Under the pieces are notes generated by a model that saw only the letters and a list, made by a program, of their open reading frames with translations, searched no databases and had not been told where the DNA came from. Below are positions 1 to 10,700 of a stretch of 64,000 nt of DNA, piece by piece. The DNA is from Candidatus Omnitrophota bacterium. GTDB lineage: Bacteria; Omnitrophota; Gorgyraeia; 2-01-FULL-45-10. The DNA is taken from assembly GCA_020057115.1 (NCBI GenBank), contig JAGVGJ010000027.1:5058-69057 (forward strand). Direction: 5' to 3'. A program made the position numbers and the translations under genes. How positions within the stretch are numbered: the first letter of the stretch is position 1; the number at the start of each line of letters is the position of its first letter.

Positions 1-2
1 TC

Positions 3-185
3 TTCTTAGGAGATGGCGTGAAGCTTATTGCCAGGCCTGAGAATGAAACATTTGCATGGTACCCGCGAGCGGAGATAATAGGGAAACTCGCGCTGGAAGA
101 TATAAAAAATAAAAAATTCACGACACCCGAGAAGCTGGAGCCGATGTATCTGTATTCGAAGGAATGCGATATCACAGGAAAGTAG
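3..185 (+). CDS. tsaB: 3' end of tRNA threonylcarbamoyladenosine biosynthesis protein TsaB (partial, begins before window)
   Basis: Frame from nt 3 reads FLGDGVKL...WYPRAEIIGKLALE...PEKLEPMYLYSKECDITGK*, matching the TsaB C-terminal pattern (GDG...P.A..I..LA...LEP.YL). Stop is 1 nt before alr. Confidence 0.7.
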   Translation, partial: FLGDGVKLIARPENETFAWYPRAEIIGKLALEDIKNKKFTTPEKLEPMYLYSKECDITGK

Positions 186-186
186 A

Positions 187-1341
187 ATGACCTCAATAGC
201 GCTGAAGACCCGAAACGGCACGAAACACATCCGCCACAGGTCGACGTGGGCAGAGATAGACCTTAAGGCCGTAGAACATAATTTTAAACAGATAAAGAAG
301 GTCTCCGGCAAAAAGATCAAGGTAATGGCAGTCGTAAAGGCCAATGCCTATGGCCATGGCACTGTTGAGGTATCGAAAGTGCTTGAGCGTCTTGGTGTAG
401 ATTACCTCGGTGTTGCCACCACCGACGAGGCGATGCGCCTGCGCGACCATGGAATAAAGGCGCCGATACTTATCCTCGGGCATGTCCTTCCTCGGGAAGT
501 CAGATCCGCGATCGAGCACGACATAGCGCTTACCGTATCCAGCGAAGAGCTCTTGTCCGCTATCAGGAAAGCGGCGACTGGCGCAAAGAAAGCCAGGATA
601 CACATAAAGATAGATACAGGCATGGGCCGCCTCGGCATATGGCATGAAGAGGCGATAAACTTTATAAAGAACCTTGTCGCGGACAGGAATATAGTCCTCG
701 AAGGTATATATACTCATTTTTCAAGCGTAGGGCGCGATGACTTCTTCACCGCTTATCAGTTCGATTCTTTCGAGAAGATCCTGTCAAAGCTCGAAAGTTT
801 CGATATCAATATCCCCCTTAAGCACACAGCAAATTCGATCGCTACCGTGGATATGAAGCGCTCGCATTTAAATCTCGTAAGGCCCGGGCTTGTCATATAT
901 GGCATGTACCCAAAGGCTACATTCCAGAAGATCATAAACTTAAGGCCTGCCATGGCGCTCAAAACGAGGATTGTATTTATAAAAGATGCGCCGCCCGGAC
1001 GCTCCATAAGTTATGGCAGGACATATGTTACCCAAAAACATACCAGGATCGCTACGCTTCCCATAGGTTATGCTGATGGCTATGCCCGCAGCCTTTCCAA
1101 TAAGGCCGAAGTCCTTGTAAGAGGGCAGCGAGCTCCTGTGGTCGGTAAAGTTACCATGGACCAGACTATGATCGACGTCGGCCATATCAAGGATGTAAAA
1201 GTAGGTGATGAGGTAGTGCTCATAGGAAAACAGGGCAAAGATGAAATAAGGGCAGAAAAGCTCGCGCGTCTTGCCGGAACTATCGCTTATGAAACCGTCT
1301 GCTCCATCTCAAATCGCGTTCCCCGCATATACAAATATTAA
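187..1341 (+). CDS. alr: Alanine racemase
   Basis: AVVKANAYGHG PLP-lysine motif, HIKIDTGMGRLG, GYADG, VGKVTMDQ. Confidence 0.97.
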   Translation: MTSIALKTRNGTKHIRHRSTWAEIDLKAVEHNFKQIKKVSGKKIKVMAVVKANAYGHGTVEVSKVLERLGVDYLGVATTDEAMRLRDHGIKAPILILGHVLPREVRSAIEHDIALTVSSEELLSAIRKAATGAKKARIHIKIDTGMGRLGIWHEEAINFIKNLVADRNIVLEGIYTHFSSVGRDDFFTAYQFDSFEKILSKLESFDINIPLKHTANSIATVDMKRSHLNLVRPGLVIYGMYPKATFQKIINLRPAMALKTRIVFIKDAPPGRSISYGRTYVTQKHTRIATLPIGYADGYARSLSNKAEVLVRGQRAPVVGKVTMDQTMIDVGHIKDVKVGDEVVLIGKQGKDEIRAEKLARLAGTIAYETVCSISNRVPRIYKY

Positions 1342-1386
1342 TTTCCCGCTATGATGTAAAGATACAAAAAAGTTAGTATGCCTGGC

Positions 1387-1415
1387 TTGTTTTCTGTATA
1401 TAAGGTAGGTATACT
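1387..1415 (+). promoter_or_regulatory. Sigma70-type promoter for the riboswitch/giant-gene leader
   Basis: TTGTTT(1387-1392)-N17-TATACT(1410-1415); overlapping TATAAT at 1415-1420. Confidence 0.55.
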
Positions 1416-1449
1416 ATAATTAGAATAAAATATCGTTCTTTTAGGATCA

Positions 1450-1613
1450 AATAGTATCAATAGCAAACCATTCGAAAGAGTGGGTCATTCGCAAAGCTAA
1501 AGGGCCTTAATTCGTAATGCGTTGTGCGTGTTGCGTTGTGCAGTGATGTAACGCAATACGCAAAACACAACACGCAACACGAAAAAGGTAGCCAGTTGCC
1601 GTTTTAAAGCTAT
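1450..1613 (+). ncRNA. c-di-GMP-I (GEMM-I) family riboswitch aptamer, A20 variant with insertions
   Basis: GCAAACCATTCGAAAGAGTGGG (1463-1484) matches the Vc2 P2 arm with GAAA loop; CGCAAAGC (1490-1497); AGGGCCTTAA; GGTAGCCAGTTGCC (1587-1600); downstream terminator. Confidence 0.85.
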
Positions 1614-1644
1614 CGTTAAAGCTTGGCAAAAAGAACGATAAAGC

Positions 1645-1680
1645 GAACCCGCTCAAAATTAGAATGAGCGGGTTTTTTAT
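1645..1680 (+). terminator. Intrinsic terminator (riboswitch expression platform)
   Basis: GAACCCGCTCA(1645-1655)/TGAGCGGGTTT(1665-1675) stem followed by a T-tract. Confidence 0.85.
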
Positions 1681-1683
1681 TGA

Positions 1684-1740
1684 GCAGATAATTTACGGAG
1701 TCCGGAGGACGACGTAAATTATAGGCCGAAGGCCGTCTGC
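1684..1740. repeat. Small Y-shaped palindromic (REP-like) element
   Basis: GCAGA/TCTGC outer stem; ATAATTTACG-GA-GTCC-GGA-GGAC-GA-CGTAAATTAT arm; GGCC-GAA-GGCC arm. Confidence 0.55.
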
Positions 1741-1792
1741 GAAATAATCCCGGAATATACCGCTTAAAGGCGTGTGGTTTGCAATATAAGAT

Positions 1793-4700
1793 ATGTTCCG
1801 GGATAGGCATCCTAAAAAAGGCTTGGCAATGGAGAAGAAAAATTTTTTTAGACAGATCGTGAAGGCTTTTATAAAGCATAGAGCGAGGGCGACTGCCCTG
1901 GTGGTCGCGATCGTTTTTTTCTTTAATACGATATATCTTGATGTAGCCTTGGCAGCAAAGACAGATGCGGGGCTTGCCTCTGTTTCAACACCAAGCGCCT
2001 CAACTTCTAAAACATCCCAGCCATATAAAGATCTTAATATCAAAGATTTTATATTACCAGACTATCTTGGGACAATAAAAGACAGATATATATCTCCATC
2101 CGCTTCAGGCGATGTGATGATCCACATCCAGGATGCCCACTGTAACCAGCCATGCCAGAATAAGATCGCCGACATCATCAGCTATCTAAACAGCGAATAC
2201 GGCATCAAGGTTATAAACCTCGAAGGCGGAAGCGGCGAATATGATACGGCCGTATTTACCCGAATAGGCGATATGAATATCCGCCAGAAGGTAGCCGAGA
2301 CTTTCGTCGGCGAAGGCATGCTTAATGGCGGGGAATATTATGCAGTGCTTAATCCTGAGAAGGCCTCTCTCTGGGGCTTAGAGGATGCCTCGCTGTATGT
2401 TAAAAACCTGGATGTCTATCGGGATTCATTGAAGCATAAAGACGAAGTGGACAAATACCTCAAGAGCCTGAACCATGCATTAAGCAGCCTGAAGGCAAAA
2501 ATGTATTCGAAAGACCTGCTTGAACTTGACCTGAAAACTTCAGCCTACAAGTCCGATAATATCGATATGCGTGCGTATCTCGCGTATCTTTGCGATGCAG
2601 CCGTGAGGAAGGGGATGGGTATAGACAAGTTTGCCGATATAGCAAGCCTAAAGAAGGCGATAGACCTGGAGAAGTCCATAGATTTCAGGACGGCCGATGT
2701 CGAGCGAGAAGAGTTGTTCAAGGCCCTGTCGAAACGCCTTTCAAAGAATGCTATGGAAGAATTCGCGGCTAAAGCCATTGAGTTTAAGGCTGAGCGTATC
2801 TCGCCCGAGGTATTTTACGGCTATATGCTTAGCAGGGCCAGGTCTAGCGGGCTTAAGACTGATAAATATCCGGAACTTGCGAAGTATCTGGCTTATGTAT
2901 CAAGCTATGCCTCTATAGATAAGATAAAACTTACCAAGGAGATAGAGTCGCTTGAAAACGCCCTTAAGGAATCATATTTCGAGAATGAGGGCCAGCGTGA
3001 GCTTGCAAGTCTCTCCAAGAACCTTATTATCCTCGCCAATATCTTTAATTTGAAATTATCCAAAGATGATTATGACTATTATCTGGCGAATGAAGGCAAT
3101 TTCGAGACAGCGCTTTATGCGAAGTTTATCCAGAAGAATGCCTCGATATACAAGATAGCGGATAGGCTGGATAACGGGGTATCAGATCTAGATACCTATC
3201 GAAAAGAGATATCAAAATTCTATGAATATTCGCTTAAGAGAGATGATGCGTTCATGAGGAACATGAAATTTGGTGGGGGTCCAGGATCCAGGGGCCAGGG
3301 TCCAGATTCCGAAGTCCGGGGGGCTGTTATCGTGACCGGAGGGTTCCATTCGGAGAACCTGTGTGAGCTATTCAAGAAGAGCGGGATCTCTTACATATCC
3401 ATAATGCCAAGCTTTAAGATAGAAGAAGGCTATGCATGTCCATACTTCAAACTGCTGGCAGGACAGACCGATGGCATGCAGAACAGGCTTTATTCTATAA
3501 TCTCATCCGAAACGCGCACTTCAGGCATGCAGATAGCCAGCATGCTCTCAAGCGCCATAGCCGAGGCGGTATGGGGCAAAGCAAGAGTTAATGCTTTCCG
3601 CGCCGCGGTAGAGATAGATACCATGGTTACGGAAGGCAAGCGCGTCCTCGTCGTAAATGATAAAGGCGAAGTCCTCAAAGATGCGCGAGGCGAAGAGCTT
3701 GTATTTGGCGAGGGCGAGGATAAGCCGATAAGGATTGCGGAGCTTTTAGGTATTCCGTCTGCCGAAGCGCCGGATGTTTATGCAGTACCGGTTCAAGCCG
3801 TAGCGCCTCAGAAAGCAGCGCCTGCGATAACTCCCGCGCCAGCTGCCCCTGTAATCCGGCCGCTTGGAGGAGCTGTTACCGGATGGCTCAAGCGGCTTAC
3901 ACCCGGGATGCCGGAATGGGCGAGGGCGCTCATCGCGGCTCCTATAGTGGAGGAAGGGCTTTATAGAGGGTTTCCGCTGCTGGCGTCAATGGCCACTGTC
4001 TTGATAGCAGGCGCAGGATTTAACTGGCAACTCATCATGATAGGCTCTGTCTTTTTCCAGATACCGGCAGGGCTAAAGTTTATAGCTGATCATTATCCTA
4101 AAGGCAGAGCGCCGCCGTCCGTTATTATCAAGATGTTACTCGCCCCTTCCATAGTCGCAATAATAAATGCCGTTATCCTGCCGCTAGTATTCACGAACCC
4201 GTTCATGTTCACAGGCGCTGCCATATTAAGCCACTTAACGATAAATCTTGCGGTCATGATCGCCAATGCAATATTCCCGAGCGTCAATATCGGCTTTGCC
4301 GCTATAGGGGTTAGCTCCGGTAGGCCAGGCCCTGCTACCTCTAATATCGAAACACTTAAGCGCATGATGAGAGACCATGCATCTGCCCTTGAGAGATCTG
4401 CCTGGGACAGGAGCGGAAGATTGGGAAGATACATGCTGTTGATGCGGGAGCTGTTGGATAAAGGAGTGTTCCGGGTAGACTTTAGGCCCGAGAACGCGAT
4501 CCTTACCGATAATGCCATGAGCGCCCAGACATTTGACTATGACAAGCTGTATGAGGCGACAAACGTCTCATGGGATGAGACTAAATACTTTATATTCGCT
4601 TCCGTGATACAGCCGGCCAGATACGTATTCAGGGAGCTCGCCCGGGACGCATCCGGGAAAGAGAGGGCTGATTGGTTCTCGGAATACTTCAATGATTATC

Positions 4701-7700
4701 TCGATGCCATGTTCCAGGCAGGCGTGGCCAAGAATATAATAGGCGCTCGTTCGAGCCGCCAGAGGGCGAGGATCGTGGGCCTGGTGGATGCATACAATAA
4801 GAACAGAGAAGATGTCTCGATACTGCAAAAGCAGATAGCCACTCTAAAGGGAAAGCTGAAAGAGCTTGAAAGCGCGTCCAGGTCGCCTCAGACAGACGCG
4901 GTAAAGCGAAGCATAGAAGAGAATATCTCGCGCATAGGCTCCGAATACGAGAAGCGGAGCTCGGTAATGAGGTTCATAAGCGATGATATCGAAACATTCC
5001 TCAAGGAAAGCTTCCAGAAGGTCCCGATGGCAAGGCTGGACCAGGCCGAGCGCGAATGGGTCTATTCCCATCCGAGGCTTGCCATGCTTAAACGCCTGGG
5101 GATGAACGATGAATATGACGCGTTGGTAAGGCAGAGGCGCGTTATATTCTCGATCGTCGGGCAAAAAGGGCTGGCGGCATCTGAAGTTAGGACAAGGCAG
5201 GGTGTCGCGGATAAGAATATCACAAGGCCAGTTGATATCGACAGCGGCCTGCAGCAGCTGCTTCGCGCAGGTGTGGGTAAGTTTGCCCAGGGAGGTATTA
5301 ACGGAGTATATGAGAGAAGGCAATTCATAAGCGACCTCAATGCTATGATCGTATCAATGAGACAAGGAATGAGTTTTGCGCAATCATTCGAGAACGCGAT
5401 GAAGGAGAAAGATGCGAACTATAAGCTTGCTTCTTCGTATCGCGACATCCTGACCATGCTTAAGGGCCCGGAAGGCGCAGGTATCGAGACGGCCGCCACC
5501 GCATTTATGAAGAGATTGGCAAGTCGAGATGCGGCCGCGTGGAGCCAGGTCAACATGGTCATGCCGGAAGGCTATGTATTTAAAATGCCGCTTGGCAAGG
5601 ACCTGACATTCCTTGAGTTCAAAGATATAGGCAAGATGCCGGCAAGACAATTGGCAGGCAAGGTGTTCAAGGTAGACTCGGCGACGTCAGCGCTTAGCGC
5701 AGTAGATATGGAAGGCGAAACAGGAAGGCTCTTCCTGTTCGCATTATCCCGCAGGCATGCCGGAGAACTCATAAGGATCGTTAATAGCACGGTCGATCTT
5801 CCTACCGGGGAAAGGGCGGCGATATCAACTATTATATTCCAGGACCGGGAACAGATAGCGATAACCAGAGATGCGCTTGGCCTATTTACAAGAGAGCTTG
5901 GCGGAATCCAGCGTCAGGCGGAATTCTTGAGCATGGCAGCCAAAGACGTGCCGGGCCTCATCAATCCGACAACTTATTTTGAGATAAACGGAAAGGTGTT
6001 CGGTTCCGCCAGTAAAAAGTTCGATGCAGCCCAGGAGGTCCGCAAGGAGATAGATAAGGACATAGGCAGGGAGAATGTTATACGAGAAGGCATGGAAAAA
6101 ATAGATGTTAAGATCAAGCTATCGAGTGCTCCTTTCGGAGCATTTACACCTTACAGGATTTTTGATAGCTCCGGGAACGGCATATCCGTGAAGCGTTATC
6201 AGAATGGCGTGATAACAATAGGGGCGAGGAGAAACGTGGACGGAAAGGTCATGGCGGTCGGGGTTGATGAGACGATGTCCGCAGAGGACCTTGCCGACGA
6301 AAATAGGTTGTACGGACTTATAGAGTCGCTTAACAGAAGGGCGCCCGGCGTTGACTCGGATGCGATGATACGTAAAGTATTTACAGGGATGGGGATCCTG
6401 CTTCCTGGCGTAGGAGAGCCTGCGCTTATGCACGCCGGATTTGGCATAGCGATGTCAGGCTATGCCTTCGCCTCAGTAGAGGATGTAGAAGCTCACAGGG
6501 TTGCCCTGCAGGGCGAGATAGATAAAGGTATCACGCCTAGTAGCTTCGTAAAAGATAAGGTAATAATTGGCGGCAAGGAGATTCAGATAGTAATACATAA
6601 GACAGTATTAGACAGGCTTGATGCCGTAAAGAAGACTTTGCAGGGCTTTATAGAAGAATGTATAAAGATACGCGGGCCGGATTATGAAGCTACATTAAGG
6701 ACTAAGCTTGCAGGAAAACCCCTTATATTCGACGCCCTCACCAGATCTCCAAATCTCTACGGTAATTGCCAGAATGACGGCTATATCTACATAAATACCA
6801 ATTCGCCTATCCAGCTTGATGCGGTAGGTGTCTCTCATGAGTTCATGCATGAAGCGGATATATTCACTGATTCGGAGACCGATGAACAGGCGCTGGCCAA
6901 GAAAGATGTCGAGCTGATGCAGTATGTCGGCATAGATATCGCAAAATTCATGGAAAGACTTAAAGACGTAACGATGCCTACCGGGTATCTTGCAGCTGCG
7001 CTCGCAGCTATAGCATCGGCTAGACCGGTTGGAACGGCAGCGCCCATGCGCTTGGAAGGGGAAAACCTGATAGCTAGCTGCGACCGGTCGAATGCATGCG
7101 ATCTGCCTAACAGGCACAGGTATGTGGAAGATCTTGTTAAAAAATTACGTGAAGGTAAGAGGGTGGAGGTCGTTTCATTGAATATCCAGAACTTCAAGAT
7201 GGAGTTCAATGATAGAGGTAATAGCCTGGGGCCTGAGGTGGGCCATTTATTCGGAGATTTCGGTATACAGGCGGTTGCCGACGCATTGCCGAAGGCCATA
7301 AAGGCTACGTTGGAAGAGAAAGGCATCAAGGGCAATTTCGCGGTTTATAATGACGGGAAAAGTTACTTTGTCATATTTGAAGATATGCCAGCAGGATTCT
7401 CGGCTACAGATGCCCTGGAGTCGATGCTTAAGGATGACAATACTGCCTTCAAACGCAGCGTTGTCAAGAGCGTCATCTCCGAGACCAAAAAGGTGAAAAA
7501 ATGGAATGATGAGGCAACAGCCGATTTCACCAAAAATTTCACGACCCGCAACTTCAACATGTATGCCGGCATCTCTGCGCCGGCCTCCCTGAAGGACGAA
7601 GTTGGTTCCGGCGTAGATATCTTAAAGCTCGCGCAGCGCGCTGTTGCCCAGGCGGATCTTTCGGCAAAGGCCGCCCAGATGAGGACCGGGGAGATACTCA

Positions 7701-10700
7701 ACGCGATATTCCAGCAGTCTGACATGGAGGGCAAGACAGAGGCAGATATCCGAAAGCTGATAATGGATCGTGCTCAGAGCGCAAGGACCATGGCGATAAG
7801 CGCATGGCGCCCGTACGGAGCGCATGTGGAAGATGAAATAGTGGCGCTTGCCAAATACAGCCCTAAAGGCGAGTATGAAGTCATATACAGGCCGATCCCG
7901 GAAGTTTATAACGAAGAGGCTACCTATGAGAATCTTATTAACCAATATAGAGTTGCGCTAAAAGCAAGAGATCCGGCTAAGGTCCTGAAGGCCAAAGAGA
8001 AACTCTACGATAAGATGCTATTCTATGTACCTGAGCCGTCTGTGAGGTCGAGGTATGTGCGGCCGATCATCGTAGGGATGGAAAGGTTCAGGGATGCCAT
8101 AAACGGATTGATAAGGGCCCCGCCCCAGGCCGATTGGTCCGGAACATTTCGCGTGGGAGGGGATGAATTCGCGAAAATCATATTTAATGCCAAGACCGGG
8201 GTCTTGAGGATATTGCGGTTTGACGCGAATAACCTTGGAAAGATGAATGCCGCATGGGGTAGCAGGATCGGTGACAGGGTGATCGATGATATGCTGCGGC
8301 TCATCGATAAAGTGCAGGATCCAAACGACCTGATGGAGTATATCTATAGGTATTTTGACAATACAAATGAACGGGGCGAGAATTTCAGGGACAATCCTCT
8401 GGAGCTGACCGATACGGATCATGCTTATATATTGCGGGAACTCGTCCGGTTAGACATAAAAGATACTTCAAGGTACTTAATTTCAGATGAGAGCGGCAGG
8501 AATTATCTGGTCAAAGTCCCACCGCTATCATTGACGCATCAGGAAACGGGCAGGTCTTATAAGACCGGGCCTTCGGTTTCTGTGGGGCTTGTCGAGATAG
8601 ATACTCACCTCATACCCGGAAAAGATAGAATGCGTGACTTTTCTCCGATCCAGGGCAGGGCCGATTCAACGGCCGAGACAGTTAAGTCATCTATAAAGAG
8701 ATACCAATCCGAGCATGATGGCGCCATCGATTTTGCTGAAGTCAACAGATTGATGGTCAATTCTCAGCCATTCAATACAAAGGCATTGACAACATTCGAG
8801 AGATCGCCTATCGACCCGCTCCGTGAAGAGTTCGCAAGGTTCATCGTATCAAAACTTGAAAAGCCGGCCGCGCCAGTTACACCCGAAATGGCGCCTGTTG
8901 TCCCCGCCGCGCCGGCGCTTGACTTTAATGTGCGCATAGAGGCAGTTTCATTTAAAGGCGTAGAAGCAGAGTCTTGGAATAAATATAAAGAGCTTCTTGA
9001 TATGGCGCAAGAGATCGTATCATCTATCCCGAGAAGCGAGCTATTGACCATTATCCGCAACATATCCGGCAATAAGACGCTGCGTTTTGAAGATATTTCC
9101 AAAGACATAGCCATATCGTATTTTGCGGAAGGAGTCCATAAGTATGTCTTCAGGGTCGCGTTTTCGACGAAAGAGGGCAAACCGCTCGAGATATTGCTTG
9201 CCGCTAAAAAAGAGAAGAACTTAAAAGATATAAGCGGACACGAACTGCAGAACTTGAAGAAACTGCACGGCAGAGGCGTCCCTAAATTCGGTGGGTCGTT
9301 CAGGTCTAAGGACGGCAGGTTGTGGTATCTGGAAGAATTTATCGCCGGAGATACGGTCGGCGCGCTCCAGAAGCAAGGTGCCTTGAAGGACAATGTCAAA
9401 CGCGGCATAGTGGCTACCATGTTATTGATCGCTACCGGACTTAACGGGATGATACCGCGCGACATGCATGCCGAGAATATAATGGTTGAGAAAGGAACGG
9501 GCAGGGTTGTGATGGTGGATCTAGGAGACAGGAGGTTACATATAACAGGCAAAGACGCCACCGATGCCCACAGGATGCTATTTATAGGCATGCTGTTGTC
9601 CCAATACGGCGTTAACGACAAGGAGAGACCTGAGCTTGACCATGTCTTCTTTGACGCCATAGCCAATGACAGATCTCTTTCCGAGGAAGGAAGCCTTGAA
9701 ATGCTGCAAAAGGCGTATGCGGAACTTGAGAAGAGAGGCCAGGCAGGCGTTGTTGGCTATCTGGCCAAAGAAGGGCGCAATATGTTCGTAAGCGTCGGGG
9801 CGCAGAATAGGGATGCTGCGCGCATGGACGATTTTGTAGGCACATTTACAAGAAGCCTCGGATCATACCTTGCTAAGTCAGGCCAGCTCCGCGGCCCGCC
9901 TATTATGCCAATATCTACAGCACCGGTTGCTGCCGCTGTCCCTGGTATTGTGAGCCTTACCGATAATATTGCTGAAGACATGGCGTTGCGCAATGTGATC
10001 GCTCTGGCAAGTTTCAGCCATGCGTCGAACAGGCTTACCGAAATAATGGGCATGGTGCAGATAGTTATGACGCTCACATCTGACATGATAGAGATACTAA
10101 AGAAAGAGAATGCGTCGGACGCCATGTTGAACGAGATGCGAGATATCCGAAGAGGCATGGTCGATGACGGTATAAGCAAAATAATAGAGCTTCACAAAAA
10201 GGCCATAGAACAGATGAGGAGTGGAGGCAAGAAGTATGCTCCTGCAGAAGTGTCTTCATGGAAAGAGGAATACCTTAAAGCGTACCGATCTTTCGAAGCT
10301 TCCGCGAAAAGGTTCGACGGCGTAAAAGAGAAGATGGCGGCCGCCGTAACCGATAAAGAACTGCCAAAACTTCTGAAATGGTATGGTGATGTCGCGCCCA
10401 AGCTTGATGACGTGCTTTCTGACAGGGCCAGTCTTATGACCGGCGAACTTAAAGATGAGTTGATCGATTTGCGCGAGGTCCTTGATCGGGAGCTCTTTAT
10501 AAAATTACTCCAGGCCGTTGTCAATAACCCTGCTACGGAAAGGTATTTCGATATTCGCATGCCCGACGGACCTGTCATGGTCAAGGGCAACAGGATATCG
10601 CTATCAGCACTCTTTACAGACCTTGCTAACAATGCCTATAAGTATGCCGAGAAGGCGCAGAAAGGGAATGCCAAAGTAATCATTGAGCTTGCACTTGAAA

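Noticed and set aside
8216-8275. Hypr (cGAMP-making) GGDEF matching the A20 riboswitch
   Set aside because: The PleD D344-equivalent residue is Asp (RIGD), not Ser/Thr, so the GTP-specific signature is retained.
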